64,000 nucleotides of DNA, taken from positions 24,242,001-24,306,000 of the forward strand of contig OZ365110.1 of the NCBI GenBank assembly GCA_977030845.1. The letters run 5' to 3'. Within the stretch, counting starts at the first letter, position 1, and every line of letters starts with the position of its first letter. The stretch comes from Fimbriosthenelais zetlandica. Lineage: Eukaryota. The position numbers and the translations under genes are program-made. The notes under the pieces are model-generated. The model was given only the letters and a program-made list of their open reading frames with translations. It made no database searches and was not told the DNA's origin. Below are positions 63,130 through 64,000 of the stretch, one piece after another.

Positions 63130-63850
63130 CTGAAAAAAAATGAGAAAGATATTTAGGAGAATATTATGAATGATATTTTATTTTCTATTGCGTAGAACCC
63201 CATGAATCATGCTGTAGAACGCTAAAAAATATTGTGGATTTATGGAATATCAATATATGTTATGACACTGGATTGGAATAAATTCCCTGCAGGTTCCTAT
63301 ACTATGTTTATCTCATGTATTTCCAAATACTCGATTTTAAACACACTTAAATTTAATACAAACTTGGCTTAGGTTTGGGAAGGTACAGTTTTGCACTGGT
63401 TGTAATGAGAGAGTACATTTAGAGATTGGAAATGATTAAAAAGCATGAGAAAGCAAGACGAACGTTGGTGTTGCATTACTTATTTACTTAAAACAAGTTG
63501 AGGTCTTTTTAGCTCGTAGTATTAGGTGTTTTTCCATCAAGAAAGAGGAGTAGGGCATATGTAAGTTTACACCTCAGGACTGCAAGGAGAGATCTTCAAG
63601 ATAAGATAATTCCCCAAGGGTAAGGTTGCGGCAAGCTTCAAATTTCAATAGGACACGTAAAAAAAATGGCCTCCATTGGTAAGAAAAATTCTTGTGGCAA
63701 TTCTCATAAAAAGATGCTACAAAGTCTTACAGTTCATGCATATTTTTGGCCACATCATCTAGGCTCTGAACTTAATTCTCAGTAGAGCCTAAACGGTTTA
63801 TGCCAATTCCAGTCCACCGTTTAATATGAAATATTTAAAACATTTTGTAC

Positions 63851-64000
63851 CTTTGACACATTCATAGCTAGCAGCAAGGTAGGCTGTTAGATCCTTGGAA
63901 CAGTCATGTGTACCATGCAGATTAGTGACTCCAAATTCACATTGGTGGCGCCCCGAGCAGACACGGTGCATTGTGGGTAATACGTCAGTTCCGCATCCGA
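63851..64000 (-). CDS. SUEL-CUB membrane protein, SUEL/Gal_lectin-like exon, truncated by the window edge (GCGTDVLPTMHRVCSGRHQCEFGVTNLHGTHDCSKDLTAYLAASYECVK)
   Basis: The C-SGRxxC...C...YLxxSYxC pattern matches SUEL/rhamnose-binding lectin domains. Donor AAG|gtacaa is phase 1 and fits the next exon. Confidence 0.85.

Overview
Eukaryotic, AT-rich, intron-containing DNA with one assembly gap (11347-11483). Gene content suggests a lophotrochozoan invertebrate, probably an annelid (inference). Firm features: a five-copy tandem tRNA-Ile(AAU) array (34556-35315, ~171-bp period); a complete U2 snRNA gene (- strand, 55669-55856); a rhodopsin-class, FMRFamide-receptor-like GPCR with an uninterrupted ORF (- strand, 49843-50859); and the 3' seven coding exons of a type-I membrane protein with SUEL lectin, CUB, sushi-like, TM and tyrosine-motif tail regions (- strand, 59569 to window end, all splice phases consistent). 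Less certain features: a spliced orphan gene on the - strand between ~16.0 kb and ~4.0 kb; a minisatellite block (13.0-14.4 kb); a ~425-bp triplication carrying RFX X-boxes; several YY1/NRF1/ETS promoter-like islands; MITE-like inverted repeats; and a decayed gag-like ORF. No CRISPR or prokaryotic features are present. All family assignments come from motif recognition by eye, not database searches.
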